From NCBI GenBank assembly GCA_025356235.1, contig JANXUL010000084.1, positions 1 through 60,532 of the forward strand: a stretch of 60,532 nt of DNA. Reading direction: 5' to 3'. The translations under genes and the position numbers were made by a program. The notes below the pieces were generated by a model. It made no database searches. It was given only the letters and a program-made list of their open reading frames with translations, and had not been told where the DNA came from. This stretch comes from Bacteroidota bacterium (lineage in GTDB: Bacteria; Bacteroidota; Bacteroidia; Chitinophagales; Chitinophagaceae). Shown one piece after another: positions 19,240 through 30,386 of this stretch (position 1 is the first letter of the stretch; every line of letters begins with the position of its first letter).

Positions 19240-19740
19240 ATGTTAGTACAATCCCTACTGGGCGAGTTTCATCATGAGGTTGAAAATACCCGCAAATTAT
19301 TACAGGCCATACCCGATAGCGCCCTCCAATATAAACCGGCAGAAAAATCATGGACCACAGGCCAGCTTGCTTCCCATATTGCGGAAGTATATAACTGGTA
19401 CCATCCCACCCTTCATCAGAATGTGTTTGATATGGCTACCTATACATACGATAAAGGGGATATTAGCACAGCTGCAAATATTCTTGCCAAATTTGAAGAA
19501 AATGTAAAAAATGCGCAACAAGCTTTAGAAACGGCAACAGATGCAAGTATGTTTGAAAACTGGAAAATGGTAATGGGCGGTACGGAACCCATATTTCCCG
19601 AAATGCCGCGGATACAGGTTATTCGTGGGTTTTTAATGAACCATTTATATCATCACCGTGGAGAAATGATCGTATACCTGAGAGCTACCGGTAATAAAGT
19701 GCCTGGTTTATATGGCCCTACTTCAGATGATGTAAGATAA
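19240..19740 (+). CDS. DinB/YfiT family protein
   Basis: KSWTTGQLASHI and NHLYHHRG metal-binding His motifs. Confidence 0.9.
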   Translation: MLVQSLLGEFHHEVENTRKLLQAIPDSALQYKPAEKSWTTGQLASHIAEVYNWYHPTLHQNVFDMATYTYDKGDISTAANILAKFEENVKNAQQALETATDASMFENWKMVMGGTEPIFPEMPRIQVIRGFLMNHLYHHRGEMIVYLRATGNKVPGLYGPTSDDVR

Positions 19741-19772
19741 ACCCACCATTTTGTTAAACACGTAAACTCAAC

Positions 19773-19809
19773 AAAAGCCGTAAAATTAATAGATAGGTTT
19801 GCGGCTTTT
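19773..19809. terminator. Bidirectional terminator
   Basis: aaaagccgtaaa / tttgcggctttt between convergent genes. Confidence 0.7.
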
Positions 19810-19813
19810 ATAG

Positions 19814-20944
19814 TCAACTATTTCCCCAAATCCATTCCACCTGTTTTCTTGCATTCGCTTCATTATTGAACATCCCACTTAACAGGTGCTTCCTCAATTC
19901 AACTTCACCCGAAGTAAATGGTTGATGATACAATTGTGCAAGGATCTCGCAAAAAGAATTGGCTGTAGTTCCTGTATGGCAGGCAGATATCAGTCCACTA
20001 CCTGCAACTGTTGCTTTATTCACCACACAGTGCCTGCCATTAAACAATGCATTGATCAGTTTTATTTTAATCCCCGTTGTGGTGTAAGAGGGAATTACGT
20101 TGATATGTGCTTTGGCTATCATATCCTGCATTTCCTTTTCCGATGGATTGGCAACCAAACAGGTATGGCCGCTTTCATGCACTAACTTATCTAATTTGGT
20201 TGATGGATTTTTTCCCGCGATCACAAAAGGAATTTTCAGTTTACTGAATACCTTTTCCAATAACCAGATAGCGGCTTTCTCATTGGCATCCACACCCAGG
20301 TCGCCATGGTATAAACAATACGTGCCCATACCTTCCATGCAGCTTACTTTCCAATCGGGCAGGTACAGGGGCAGGTATTCAATATTTTTGCAACCCAATT
20401 CATTCCTGTAAACGTTATCATCCTTTTCTGTTACTCCCCAGAATATTGCTTTCGAAGCGATTTTTTTCTCATATACTTCCAGTAGCCTGCTTTCCAGCCA
20501 GTAGTATAATTTTTTTATCGGGGAAGTAGTATTCCTGCATAAATCACGGTAATACTGGTACTCTACATTATGTATCCTCACAAAGCACTTTCGGTTTTTA
20601 AATCTGTCATCCGACAATAAATAGGTGCAATGAACACCTTCCATAAAAATAGGATATCCATCTTGTAAAAGATTTTGTAACAGTTGTTCATTCTTTCTGC
20701 TCGAAACAATATATGGCAAAGTATTGGATACCCCTTTATGGCCCACATTTCTTTCATAATAATCAACACTCACACAATATTTGTTTAATTCAGGCTGCTC
20801 ACTTCGGCCATTGGTAAAGCAATGCAGGTGTATCTGAACACCCTGTGCCTGTAATGCGGGGAGTTTATAAAAAAGGTCTACTACTCCGCCATAATTAACG
20901 GGGTAGGGCACATCCAATGAAATAATATGTAAATGTTTTTTCAA
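19814..20944 (-). CDS. Glycosyltransferase (GT-B, GT4-like)
   Basis: DVPYPVNYGG, HNVE, TGIKIKLINAL; TTG start 2 nt after the upstream gene. Confidence 0.85.
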   Translation of the reverse strand: MKKHLHIISLDVPYPVNYGGVVDLFYKLPALQAQGVQIHLHCFTNGRSEQPELNKYCVSVDYYERNVGHKGVSNTLPYIVSSRKNEQLLQNLLQDGYPIFMEGVHCTYLLSDDRFKNRKCFVRIHNVEYQYYRDLCRNTTSPIKKLYYWLESRLLEVYEKKIASKAIFWGVTEKDDNVYRNELGCKNIEYLPLYLPDWKVSCMEGMGTYCLYHGDLGVDANEKAAIWLLEKVFSKLKIPFVIAGKNPSTKLDKLVHESGHTCLVANPSEKEMQDMIAKAHINVIPSYTTTGIKIKLINALFNGRHCVVNKATVAGSGLISACHTGTTANSFCEILAQLYHQPFTSGEVELRKHLLSGMFNNEANARKQVEWIWGNS

Positions 20945-20946
20945 TT

Positions 20947-22056
20947 TTATAAGGCCTTGTAAAAATCAAATAGTCTGTGTTGTTCCATTTCCCAGTTCAA
21001 TAGGTTTCTTACTCCTGCACAATTGGTTTTAAGTTTACTATAAAGAACATCATCTGCCAGTAAATTGTTCAATGCCCTGGCAATTGTAACTGTTTCGGTG
21101 TCATTTATCGTATAGGCAATATTAAATTGTTGGTTGATCGCAGCATATTCAGGGTAGTTTACACATAGCTGCGGTATGCCGGCCATGATGTAGTCAAAAA
21201 AACGGTTGGATAAAGAATGATATTGGTTTAATCCTTCCTGTGTAAATAATGTAATCCCCAGGTAAGCATTGGGTGTCAATTGAATCAACTCCGAAGGAGA
21301 AACATAACCCCTAAGTTCAACTTTTGTTTCCAACTGGTGCTTCCTGATGAGTTCTTTCACCTGTTCAAAAAAATTACCTTTACCACAGATCACCAGTTTG
21401 GCATTTACTTCTTTCATGGCAGGGAGTAACGTTTCAAAACAACGCCCTTCATTTACAGTACCCTGGTAAATAAGCCATTTTTTTTTTGGTTCAAAAACTG
21501 TGTCAGCCTGTTTGGTTAGCCGGGGCAGGTTCCTGACAACCGCATAATTCACTTTATATCTTCTTAATAATTCGGCACTTATAAAACCATTCACCGTATA
21601 CCCATTTGTAAACTTCGGAACAGCAAACTGTTCAATGGCTAACCATATTGCATGGATAACCGGTCGGCCGATAATCTCTTTTTGTTCCGTAAATAATTCA
21701 TGGGCATCGTATACCCTTTTTTGTTTTTTGATGGCAGTTGCGAAATAAACAGGCAGAATGGTATCCAGGTCTATGGCACAGATAATCTCTGCCTTTTGAA
21801 ACAGCAGGAAGATAAACAGCCGCAGGTTATATTCTGCATAAAACAAGATACCCTTTGTAAAAAAACAACCCAGTCTTTTTTGACGGAATGCTTGTGTTTT
21901 TAGCGGTACAGAATCCTGCAACCTCCTCCCAACCAATAATACCCCATACCCGAGTTCTGCCAATGATCCGGCAATGCGTTGCATACGCTGGTCGTAACTA
22001 AGGTCGTTGGTAACCGTAAAAATGATCTTTGGCAAAATGGGCTGCTTGATTAACAA
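20947..22056 (-). CDS. Glycosyltransferase family 4
   Basis: VTNDLSYDQRM, VYDAHELFTE, YQGTVNEGR, NRFFDYIMAGIP; exact start uncertain. Confidence 0.9.
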   Translation of the reverse strand: MLIKQPILPKIIFTVTNDLSYDQRMQRIAGSLAELGYGVLLVGRRLQDSVPLKTQAFRQKRLGCFFTKGILFYAEYNLRLFIFLLFQKAEIICAIDLDTILPVYFATAIKKQKRVYDAHELFTEQKEIIGRPVIHAIWLAIEQFAVPKFTNGYTVNGFISAELLRRYKVNYAVVRNLPRLTKQADTVFEPKKKWLIYQGTVNEGRCFETLLPAMKEVNAKLVICGKGNFFEQVKELIRKHQLETKVELRGYVSPSELIQLTPNAYLGITLFTQEGLNQYHSLSNRFFDYIMAGIPQLCVNYPEYAAINQQFNIAYTINDTETVTIARALNNLLADDVLYSKLKTNCAGVRNLLNWEMEQHRLFDFYKAL

Positions 22057-22276
22057 ATATAACCTCCCGAAAGTAAATATATCCGGTGTTTCAACTCTGT
22101 TTTTTACAGGAAGTAAGATATTTTATCATGCTGATAATCAATTTAGTAATACCATTTTTGTTTACACATCTCCCTATTCAAATCCTAATTCTCCACCTAT
22201 TATACACAGCTATTTTTTCTCTTCATAAATTCTACCTCAATTACTGTATGTTCGCAGGTACTTAAACAGGATATAC

Positions 22277-25200
22277 GTGAGATTAAAGTCGCTAGAAATC
22301 AAAGGATTCAAAAGTTTTGCTGATAAAACAGTTGTCAGTTTTGATGAGGGTATTACCGGTATCATCGGACCAAATGGTTGTGGAAAAAGTAATATCATTG
22401 ATAGCATACGCTGGGTAATAGGCGAACAAAAAATATCTGCATTACGTAGTGAGAATTTGGAAGCCCTTGTTTTTAATGGCAGTAAAACACGAAGTCCGAG
22501 TGGCCTGGCTGAGGTGAGCCTTACCTTCGAAAATACCAAGAACCTTTTACCAACAGAATTTAATACAGTTACTGTTACCCGCCGTTTTTATAAAAATGGC
22601 GAAAGCGAATATCGTCTGAACGATGTCAGCTGCCGTTTAAAAGATATCCATAACCTCTTTCTCGATACCGGTGTGAGTACGGATAGTTACGCCATTATCG
22701 AGTTGGGAATGGTGGATGATATTATCAAAGACAAAGAAAACAGCCGCCGCAGAATGTTGGAACAGGCTGCCGGTATCACCATATATAAAACACGAAAAAA
22801 AGAAGCTAAAAATAAACTGGATGCAACGGAGCAGGACCTTGCCCGTATTGAAGACCTGCTTTTCGAGATCAACAACCAGCTAAAAACACTAGAGAACCAG
22901 GCTAAGAAAGCCGAGAAGTTTTACGAGATTAAAAAAGAATACAAAGAAGTTGCGATTGAACTGGCCAAAGCGGCACTGGAAGGGTTTAATATCACTTACA
23001 AAGAATTGAACGAGCAGCAGGATGCCGAAACCAATAAAAAAATCCAGTTAGAAGCCGAGATAGCTACCGAAGAAGCAGCGATAGAACATGAAAAAGTAGG
23101 GTTCATTGAAAAGGAAAGGGCATTGCAAAGCATGCAACACGAATTCAATGATTATTTGCAGGACCTGCGGACAAAGGAAAATGAAAAAAACCTGGCTACA
23201 CAAAAATTGCATTACCTGAAGGAAAAGGAAACCAATTTGAAAGAGTTTCTGGAAAAAGCAGAAGGACAACTTAAAACCATCGGTGATTCCATTGAATATA
23301 CCCAGTTACAGGTTGGTGAAGAAGAGGCCAATCTATTGGAATTGCAGGATAAAGTAGAAACAGCCAAGTTTGATGTAGAAGATAAGCGCCGGATTTTTGA
23401 CGAGAAAAGAAGTGGGGTAGATGCTTTGCGGGGCCGCTACCAGCAAATACAGCGTAACCAGTTTGATGCGGAGAAAAAAGTAGCTGTAGCCGATACATCT
23501 ATTCTTAATTTGCAAAGGGCACAGGCGCAGTTAGCTGAAGAGAAACAAAACCGCGAGCTGCAACTGCAGCAGGTAAGTGTAGAGTTACAGGAAAAAGAAT
23601 CCACATTAGAAGCCCGTCGTATAGACCTGCAACAACTGCAGGAGCACCAGGAAAAAACAAAGGAACAGATATTTGAAACACAGGCACAGCTGGAAGTATT
23701 GCGTAATGAGCTGAATGAAGAAAACCGCAAACTGGATTCGAAAAGAAACGAATACAATTTGTTGAAGAGCCTGATAGATTCGATGGAAGGTTATCCTGAG
23801 AGTATTAAATTCCTTCACAAGAACCCCGAATGGAATCACGCAGCACCTATTTTGTCGGATATTATTTATGTTAAAGAAGCATACAGAACAGCGGTTGAAA
23901 ATGTATTGGAGCCTTACCTGAACTATTACGTGGTAAATAACCTGGAAGAAGGTTTGCAGGCTGTTCATTTACTCGATGCACATAAAAAAGGGAAAGCCAA
24001 TTTCTTCATGCTGGAGAAGTTTGCTGATATCCGCGTGGATACACACCAGCCAGCAGATACCATTAAGGCCATGGATGTGATTGAAGTAGATGATCAATAC
24101 CGTAAACTGGCAGAATATCTTTTAGGCAATGTTTATATAGGTGAAAACGATGAAGCCATCGCTAATAGCAATGGTGCTGTGGTATTGGAGAAACATGGTA
24201 AATATGTAAAAGGGAAATACACTTTAACTGGTGGTAGTGTGGGTTTGTTTGAAGGAAAAAAGATAGGCCGCGCCAAAAATCTCGAAAAATTATTTGAAGA
24301 AATTGCTGACCAGGAATCAATAGTAAACCTGTTAAAATCTGATATACAGGCCAAGCATAATGAAGTGATCGCTTTCAATGACCAGTTGAAAGAAAATGTG
24401 ATCAAGCAAACTGAAAATGAGATCAGCCAGTTAACCAACCAGGTATTTGCGGCTAAAAACCGGATGGAGAATTTACAAGTGGCACAACAGAACGGTTTAC
24501 AACGCCTTGAAGATATTGAACAGCGCTTGCAGGCCGAGCACGATGCCATCGCTGCCACCCGCGAAGAATTTCATTTGCTTAACGGGCAATTACAGTCAAC
24601 TACAGACGAGCTGAAAACAGTTGAACAGGATTATCAATCATCGGAACACGAATACAATTTTGCTTCTGTTCAGTACAATGAAACCAATCTCCAGTTAACC
24701 CGGCAACAGAGCAAGATTACTACCTTGAAGCAGGAACTGGTTTTCAAAGAAAACCAATTAAACGATTTGCATGCACAAATAGGAAACAATACGGCCCAAT
24801 TATCAGAAGCATCTGCAAATATTGAAGAAGGGGAGAAATCATTGATAGGTTCTGAAGAGTTGTTACTGGAAATGATGCGTAAGAAAGAAACCGAAGAGAA
24901 AAAATTAAATGAAACAGACCAGGCATATTATAACCTGCGAAATGCCTTGCAGGGAAAAGAAAGTGAGCTTCGTCTGAAAGTTAAGAGCAAGGAAATGATT
25001 GATCACCTCGTAACGGAGATTAAAGACAGGCTGAATGAACTGAAGTTACAGTTAGCCGGAATGAAGGAAAGGCTAATCGTAGAGTTTAAAGTAGAACTGG
25101 ATGAGATATTAGACCAGGAGAGGACCACAGATACCACCCTCGAAGAATTACAAGCCAGTTCAGACAGGATGCGCAAACGTTTAGAGAACATGGGTGAAGT

Positions 25201-25798
25201 AAACCCTACGGCTATTGAAGCCTATACAGAAATGAAAAAACGTTACGAGTTTATCCTCGAACAGAAGAACGATCTCGTATCGGCCAAAGAAAGTTTATTA
25301 CAAACCATACAGGAAGTGGAAGCCACTGCCAACCAGCAGTTCCTTGAAACTTTTAACAAAGTGCGCGAGAATTTCCAGAAAGTGTTTAAAGCATTGTTTA
25401 CGGAAGAAGATACGGCAGATATGATATTGGTAAACCCGGAAAACCTTGCCGAAACAGGTATTGAAATTATCGCCAAACCAAAAGGCAAACGCCCATCCTC
25501 TATCACACAGTTAAGCGGTGGGGAAAAAACATTAACGGCAACAGCTTTGTTATTCTCTATCTATCTGATTAAACCTGCACCATTCTGTATTCTTGATGAA
25601 GTAGATGCACCATTGGATGATGCCAACGTAGGAAAATTCACCCAGATGATTAAGAAGTTCAGTGATAACTCACAGTTCATCATCGTTACCCACAACAAAC
25701 AAACGATGAGTGCAGTAGATGTGATTTACGGTGTTACCATGCAGGAACCGGGCGTAAGTAAATTGGTGCCGGTGGATTTCAGGAGTTTGGCGAATTAA
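22277..25798 (+). CDS. smc: Chromosome segregation protein SMC
   Basis: GFKSF, GPNGCGKSN, long coiled coils with hinge (GGSVG), LSGGEK, LDEVDAPLD, QFIIVTH. Confidence 0.98.
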   Translation: MRLKSLEIKGFKSFADKTVVSFDEGITGIIGPNGCGKSNIIDSIRWVIGEQKISALRSENLEALVFNGSKTRSPSGLAEVSLTFENTKNLLPTEFNTVTVTRRFYKNGESEYRLNDVSCRLKDIHNLFLDTGVSTDSYAIIELGMVDDIIKDKENSRRRMLEQAAGITIYKTRKKEAKNKLDATEQDLARIEDLLFEINNQLKTLENQAKKAEKFYEIKKEYKEVAIELAKAALEGFNITYKELNEQQDAETNKKIQLEAEIATEEAAIEHEKVGFIEKERALQSMQHEFNDYLQDLRTKENEKNLATQKLHYLKEKETNLKEFLEKAEGQLKTIGDSIEYTQLQVGEEEANLLELQDKVETAKFDVEDKRRIFDEKRSGVDALRGRYQQIQRNQFDAEKKVAVADTSILNLQRAQAQLAEEKQNRELQLQQVSVELQEKESTLEARRIDLQQLQEHQEKTKEQIFETQAQLEVLRNELNEENRKLDSKRNEYNLLKSLIDSMEGYPESIKFLHKNPEWNHAAPILSDIIYVKEAYRTAVENVLEPYLNYYVVNNLEEGLQAVHLLDAHKKGKANFFMLEKFADIRVDTHQPADTIKAMDVIEVDDQYRKLAEYLLGNVYIGENDEAIANSNGAVVLEKHGKYVKGKYTLTGGSVGLFEGKKIGRAKNLEKLFEEIADQESIVNLLKSDIQAKHNEVIAFNDQLKENVIKQTENEISQLTNQVFAAKNRMENLQVAQQNGLQRLEDIEQRLQAEHDAIAATREEFHLLNGQLQSTTDELKTVEQDYQSSEHEYNFASVQYNETNLQLTRQQSKITTLKQELVFKENQLNDLHAQIGNNTAQLSEASANIEEGEKSLIGSEELLLEMMRKKETEEKKLNETDQAYYNLRNALQGKESELRLKVKSKEMIDHLVTEIKDRLNELKLQLAGMKERLIVEFKVELDEILDQERTTDTTLEELQASSDRMRKRLENMGEVNPTAIEAYTEMKKRYEFILEQKNDLVSAKESLLQTIQEVEATANQQFLETFNKVRENFQKVFKALFTEEDTADMILVNPENLAETGIEIIAKPKGKRPSSITQLSGGEKTLTATALLFSIYLIKPAPFCILDEVDAPLDDANVGKFTQMIKKFSDNSQFIIVTHNKQTMSAVDVIYGVTMQEPGVSKLVPVDFRSLAN

Positions 25799-25842
25799 TC
25801 GCTACTGAGAAACAGCAGCTTTTATTTTTTGAAATATTTTAT

Positions 25843-25879
25843 AATGACCTCGTCTTTATTCGTGAGGTCATTTTTTTTT
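25843..25879 (+). terminator. Intrinsic terminator after smc
   Basis: aatgacctcg..tgaggtcatt followed by a T-run. Confidence 0.75.
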
Positions 25880-25927
25880 CAGAGAATAATTCAAATGCAG
25901 GTATATATTTACTACCAATACAATGCC

Positions 25928-26884
25928 ATGTCGCTCTATAAAAGAATTAACCCCTTCTCCCGTCAAAATAACGATACTGGTTTCAGCACCAATGCGAGCG
26001 ACCTCACAGGTGGTCGTTTTATCAATAAAGACGGGAGCTATAACCTGGTTAAAGAAGGAATGCCTTTCTGGAAAAGGATCAGCATCTTTCATAATATGCT
26101 CAACCTGCCTCAGTGGAAATTTATGTCGGTAATACTTTTGTTTTACGTGGCTATCAATCTTATTTTTACTTTTATCTATTTTTTTATTGGGTCTTCTGAA
26201 ATCGAGGGACTTCCAAACGGTAATGACTGGCAGATTTTTAAAGAGCTTTTTTATTTTAGTACGGAAACTTTTACCACGGTAGGTTATGGGCGTGTAAACC
26301 CGGTGGGTGATGCCGCTAATCTTGTATCCGGTATTGAATCTTTAACAGGATTGTTATCCCTGGCCATTGCCACCGGTTTGATATACGGCCGTTTCTCTAA
26401 ACCCAGGAGTTACCTGGTTTTTAGCGATCATGCATTAGTAAGTCCGTATAAGGAAATGACCGGACTGATGTTTCGCTTCGCTGCTTTCAAAGATAAACAT
26501 TCCTTAACCGACCTTGAAGTAAGGGTGAATATAGGGATGCAGGTTTCGGAAAATGAAAAACCTATTTATAAATATTTTTCTCTCGACCTGGAAAGAAGCC
26601 GCGTAGAAAGTATGCCCATGAGCTGGACGGTTGTTCACCCCATCAACGAAACAAGTCCTTTTTATGGCTTTACGGAAGAGGATATGAAAACAGCCGATGT
26701 AGAATTATATGTGATGCTGCGCGGTTTTGATGAAGTGTTTTCCAATTATGTTCAGCAGCGTACTTCCTATACTTTTAGAGAGATATTATTCAAACGGAAA
26801 TTTGTACCCATGTTCCGCGAAAGTGATGATGGAAAAAAAACAATACTGGAACTGCATAAATTAAATATCCATAAAGAAGTGTAA
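25928..26884 (+). CDS. Inward-rectifier potassium channel (KirBac-like)
   Basis: Selectivity filter TTVGYG, 2 TM, GRFSKP, SWTVVHPINETSPF cytoplasmic domain. Confidence 0.93.
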   Translation: MSLYKRINPFSRQNNDTGFSTNASDLTGGRFINKDGSYNLVKEGMPFWKRISIFHNMLNLPQWKFMSVILLFYVAINLIFTFIYFFIGSSEIEGLPNGNDWQIFKELFYFSTETFTTVGYGRVNPVGDAANLVSGIESLTGLLSLAIATGLIYGRFSKPRSYLVFSDHALVSPYKEMTGLMFRFAAFKDKHSLTDLEVRVNIGMQVSENEKPIYKYFSLDLERSRVESMPMSWTVVHPINETSPFYGFTEEDMKTADVELYVMLRGFDEVFSNYVQQRTSYTFREILFKRKFVPMFRESDDGKKTILELHKLNIHKEV

Positions 26885-26925
26885 TTATCCGGATAATCAG
26901 ATAACAATACCAGTAAACTTATATT

Positions 26926-27363
26926 TTGTTTAAAGCTATTTTCATACTTTATATTGTTTGTATTTCCTGTTATATTCCCTTCACCCGCCAGCCTGATTAT
27001 TTTGATGGGGAGAAATCACCTGCTATTATTAAATTTTTAAAAGATAGTGTAACCAGCGTAACCATACCTAATGCATTGTACAATGATGGCAGGCGGGAAC
27101 ACAGGATTGATGCCCGTTATATTTTTCGTAAATGGAAAGAAGGTGATACATTAGAAGTGATCTATGAAACGAATAACCCAGAGAAAGCTGCTGTGTACGG
27201 GTTTTGGGGATATTGGATAACCTGGGGTGAATTAGTGGCTTCTATTGTATTGCTATGGGGTTTATTTCTGGTTGCTGTGGTGGTAACAAAAAATCCAACA
27301 CCAGAAGCTTTGTTGGAACAATTATCATTCAAAAAGGAAAAGAAAAAAAAGTATCAGGAGTGA
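26926..27363 (+). CDS. Hypothetical membrane protein (DUF3592-like architecture)
   Basis: TM - beta region (GDTLEVIYETNNPEKA) - TM; TTG start uncertain. Confidence 0.65.
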   Translation: MFKAIFILYIVCISCYIPFTRQPDYFDGEKSPAIIKFLKDSVTSVTIPNALYNDGRREHRIDARYIFRKWKEGDTLEVIYETNNPEKAAVYGFWGYWITWGELVASIVLLWGLFLVAVVVTKNPTPEALLEQLSFKKEKKKKYQE

Positions 27364-27447
27364 ATATAGGATTGATAATAGCAAGAATTTCCGTAAGAAT
27401 AACGGGTCTGTAAAATTAAACTGCGGCAAAAGAATAATTCGGTTATT

Positions 27448-27888
27448 TTATTTCAAATATCTTTTAATCTCCTTCTCCACATCTCGGTTTTTAATGGTTT
27501 CGCGCTTATCATGCAATTTTTTTCCACGGCCAATCCCTATTTCCACTTTCACAAAATTCTTTTCATTAAAGAATACTTTTAATGGGATGATGGTATAGCC
27601 TTTATCTTTCATCCGGGTTTGTAATTTGTGTAATTCCCGTTTGTTTAGCAGCAATTTCCTGTCGTGCACTTCAATATGGTTATTGGCAGTGCCATGCGTA
27701 TAAGAAGCAATAAATAATGCCCTTACCCATAGTTCCCCATCATCAAACAAACAAAAAGAATCGTTGAAACTCAACTTCCCCTCACGGATAGATTTTACTT
27801 CAGTGCCCATCAAAGCAATGCCTGCCTCATATTTATCTTCTATGTGGTAATTGAAATAAGCCTGCCTGTTGTTCATTTCTTTTGCCAT
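27448..27888 (-). CDS. smpB: SsrA-binding protein
   Basis: NRQAYFNY, YEAGIALMGTEVKSIREG, RKLLLNKRE, GKKLHDKRE. Confidence 0.97.
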   Translation of the reverse strand: MAKEMNNRQAYFNYHIEDKYEAGIALMGTEVKSIREGKLSFNDSFCLFDDGELWVRALFIASYTHGTANNHIEVHDRKLLLNKRELHKLQTRMKDKGYTIIPLKVFFNEKNFVKVEIGIGRGKKLHDKRETIKNRDVEKEIKRYLK

Positions 27889-27890
27889 AC

Positions 27891-28093
27891 CTCTAACCCA
27901 CTGAAGGGGAAATTAATAGTATTTCTGAATAATCAGTTGTGGAATAGTTTGTTTTGTTTCCATAATGATTGCTGAATAATAAATATTGATTGTTTTTTAC
28001 TTAGATATTCAACATTCCCTGTTCAATAATTTTTCCCCGATTATACCACCACATAATTAGTATTTGCGATAACTCCCCTCCTGGGGCGAGGGG
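27891..28093. repeat. Intergenic segment bounded by imperfect GC-rich inverted repeats (REP/MITE-like)
   Basis: Left cctctaacccactgaaggggaaatt; right aactcccctcctggggcgagggg (reverse complement cccctcgccccaggaggggagtt). Confidence 0.45.
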
Positions 28094-29014
28094 TTAACTT
28101 CTGAATAACAGCACCAACTGTGCCAATTTATCTTTCAGGTTTTTTCTGTCAATAATAAAATCAAGAAAGCCATGTTCCAGTAAAAATTCGCTACGCTGGA
28201 AACCTTCAGGTAAATCTTTTTTAATGGTTTCCTTAATTACACGCGGACCGGCAAACCCAATCAGGGCAGCAGGTTCGGCAATATTCAAGTCGCCCAGCAT
28301 ACCAAAGCTGGCAGAGATACCACCAAATGTAGGATCTGTAAGTAATGAGATATAAGGAAGTTTAGCGTCACTCAGTTGCGAAAGCTTACCACTTGTTTTG
28401 GCAAGTTGCATTAAGCTGAAAGCACTTTCCATCATACGGGCACCACCACTTTTACTGATGACGAGGTAAGGAAGTTTATGTTGGATGCAATAATCCACCG
28501 CACGACTGAATTTTTCTCCCATCACACTACCCAGAGAACCGCCAATGAATTCAAAATCCATACAGGCGATAATGATGCCTTCACCATTAACGGTTCCTGC
28601 AGCAACGCGCATAGAATCTTTGAGGTCTGTTTTAGAATGGATTTCATCCAAACGCTTTTGGTAAGGTTTCAGGTCTGTAAAGCCCAAAGCATCCTTACTG
28701 CGGATATTATCAAACAGTTCTTTGTATTCTTTATTATCAAAAAGGAAATCAAAATATTCCTCACTGCCTATGCGGTGATGATAATTACATTTGGGACAAA
28801 CAAACAGGTTCTCTTTTAATTCGGTAGTGGTACAGATATAGTTACACTCCGGGCATTTGTTCCAAAGGCCCTCAGGTGTTTCTTTCTTATCGGCAGTAGA
28901 CGTTAAAATACCTTTCCTGATACGTTTAAACCATCGGGGTTTGCTTGGGTCTCCACCCTGGCTTTCTTCTCCGGTTAAGTTTGCTTCGAAATCTTCTTCA
29001 CGTTCTTTTTTCAT
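28094..29014 (-). CDS. accD: Acetyl-CoA carboxylase carboxyltransferase beta subunit
   Basis: [19 protein letters not shown] zinc finger, [39 protein letters not shown]. Confidence 0.97.
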   Translation of the reverse strand: MKKEREEDFEANLTGEESQGGDPSKPRWFKRIRKGILTSTADKKETPEGLWNKCPECNYICTTTELKENLFVCPKCNYHHRIGSEEYFDFLFDNKEYKELFDNIRSKDALGFTDLKPYQKRLDEIHSKTDLKDSMRVAAGTVNGEGIIIACMDFEFIGGSLGSVMGEKFSRAVDYCIQHKLPYLVISKSGGARMMESAFSLMQLAKTSGKLSQLSDAKLPYISLLTDPTFGGISASFGMLGDLNIAEPAALIGFAGPRVIKETIKKDLPEGFQRSEFLLEHGFLDFIIDRKNLKDKLAQLVLLFRS

Positions 29015-29142
29015 AAAGCTGAATCAATTGGGGGGTCGAAGATAATAATAATTATTAACCACCCAGTAACCTCCCTGATTGTTAAGTGGTTTACATTATT
29101 TAACGATCATCCCTTCTTGAAAAACTGGGAAATACAGGGTTT

Positions 29143-29210
29143 CCTCTCCTTGCAAAGGATTGGACGATTTTAGGCAATTGACGTAGTCAATGGCATAAAA
29201 TCAGGGGAGG
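29143..29210. repeat. REP-like nested palindrome
   Basis: gattttaggcaattgac-gta-gtcaatggcataaaatc (29166-29202) inside cctctcct...aggggagg. Confidence 0.6.
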
Positions 29211-30269
29211 TTATGCTATTGTAACCGTATTATCCAAATAAACGTCCTGTATGGCATTTAATAGCTCAATCCCTTCGGTCATGGGCCTTTGAAATGCTTT
29301 TCTTCCCAGGATCAGCCCCATCCCACCGGCGCGTTTATTAATTACAGCTGTGGAAACAGACTCTGCCAAATCACTCTCTCCCTTGCTTTCACCACCCGAA
29401 TTAATGAGCCCGATGCGGCCATTATAGCAATTAAGTACCTGGTAGCGGCAAAGATCAATAGGATGGTCTGTAGTTAATTTAGAATACACCAATGGACTCG
29501 TTTTGCCGTGTTTAGTAGCCAGGTATCCGCCATTATTGGTGGGGAGCTTTTGTTTGATGATATCAGCCTGTAAAGTCACCCCCAAATGATTTGCCTGCCC
29601 GGTAAGGTCGGCAGAAGTATGGTAATCTTTGCCATCAACCACAAATCCAGGATTACGCAGATAACACCATAAAATAGTGGCCATACCCAGTTCGTGGGCC
29701 ATTTCAAAGGCCTCAGCTATTTCTTTCAACTGACGGGTACTTTCTGCACTTCCCCAGTAAATGGTGGCCCCTACGGCCACGGCCCCCATATTCCAGGCAC
29801 TTTTTATGGTACCAAACATAGTTTGGTCGTATCGGTTAGGGAGACTTAAAAACTCGTTGTGGTTGATCTTAACAATAAAAGGAATTTTGTGGGCGTATTT
29901 GCGGCTCATTAAGCCCAATACCCCATAAGTAGAAGCCACTCCATTACAGCCGCCTTCTATAGCCAATTTGATGATATTCTCCGGATCGAAATAAAGGGGA
30001 TTTGGTGCAAAAGCCGAACCCGCGCTATGCTCTATACCCTGGTCAACCGGAAAGATACTGCAATACCCCGTGCCGGATAAGCGACCATGGTTCAATAATG
30101 CCTGGATACTTCGCAGGGTTTGGTTACTGCGGTTACTATTGATCCAGATATCATCCACATGTGATGGAGACGGCAGATGGATACTATTCTTATCTATGGT
30201 TTTACAATGATGATCGAGGAGATAAGAAGCTTTATCACCTAACAGGTCTACTATTTTTTGATTAGCCAT
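29211..30269 (-). CDS. fbaB: Class I fructose-bisphosphate aldolase (DhnA/FbaB type)
   Basis: [51 protein letters not shown]. Confidence 0.95.
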   Translation of the reverse strand: MANQKIVDLLGDKASYLLDHHCKTIDKNSIHLPSPSHVDDIWINSNRSNQTLRSIQALLNHGRLSGTGYCSIFPVDQGIEHSAGSAFAPNPLYFDPENIIKLAIEGGCNGVASTYGVLGLMSRKYAHKIPFIVKINHNEFLSLPNRYDQTMFGTIKSAWNMGAVAVGATIYWGSAESTRQLKEIAEAFEMAHELGMATILWCYLRNPGFVVDGKDYHTSADLTGQANHLGVTLQADIIKQKLPTNNGGYLATKHGKTSPLVYSKLTTDHPIDLCRYQVLNCYNGRIGLINSGGESKGESDLAESVSTAVINKRAGGMGLILGRKAFQRPMTEGIELLNAIQDVYLDNTVTIA

Positions 30270-30344
30270 ATTATTCGGTTTTTAGTGATTAACTGCTAAT
30301 CCATAGACTATAGACAAAACAGCTCTCTCACAAAGTACCGAAAC

Positions 30345-30379
30345 AAAAAAGCCGCCCCAAAAATCTGTGACGGCTTTTT
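30345..30379 (-). terminator. Terminator after fbaA
   Basis: aaaaaagccgcc..gacggcttttt. Confidence 0.65.
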
Positions 30380-30386
30380 CATTTAT

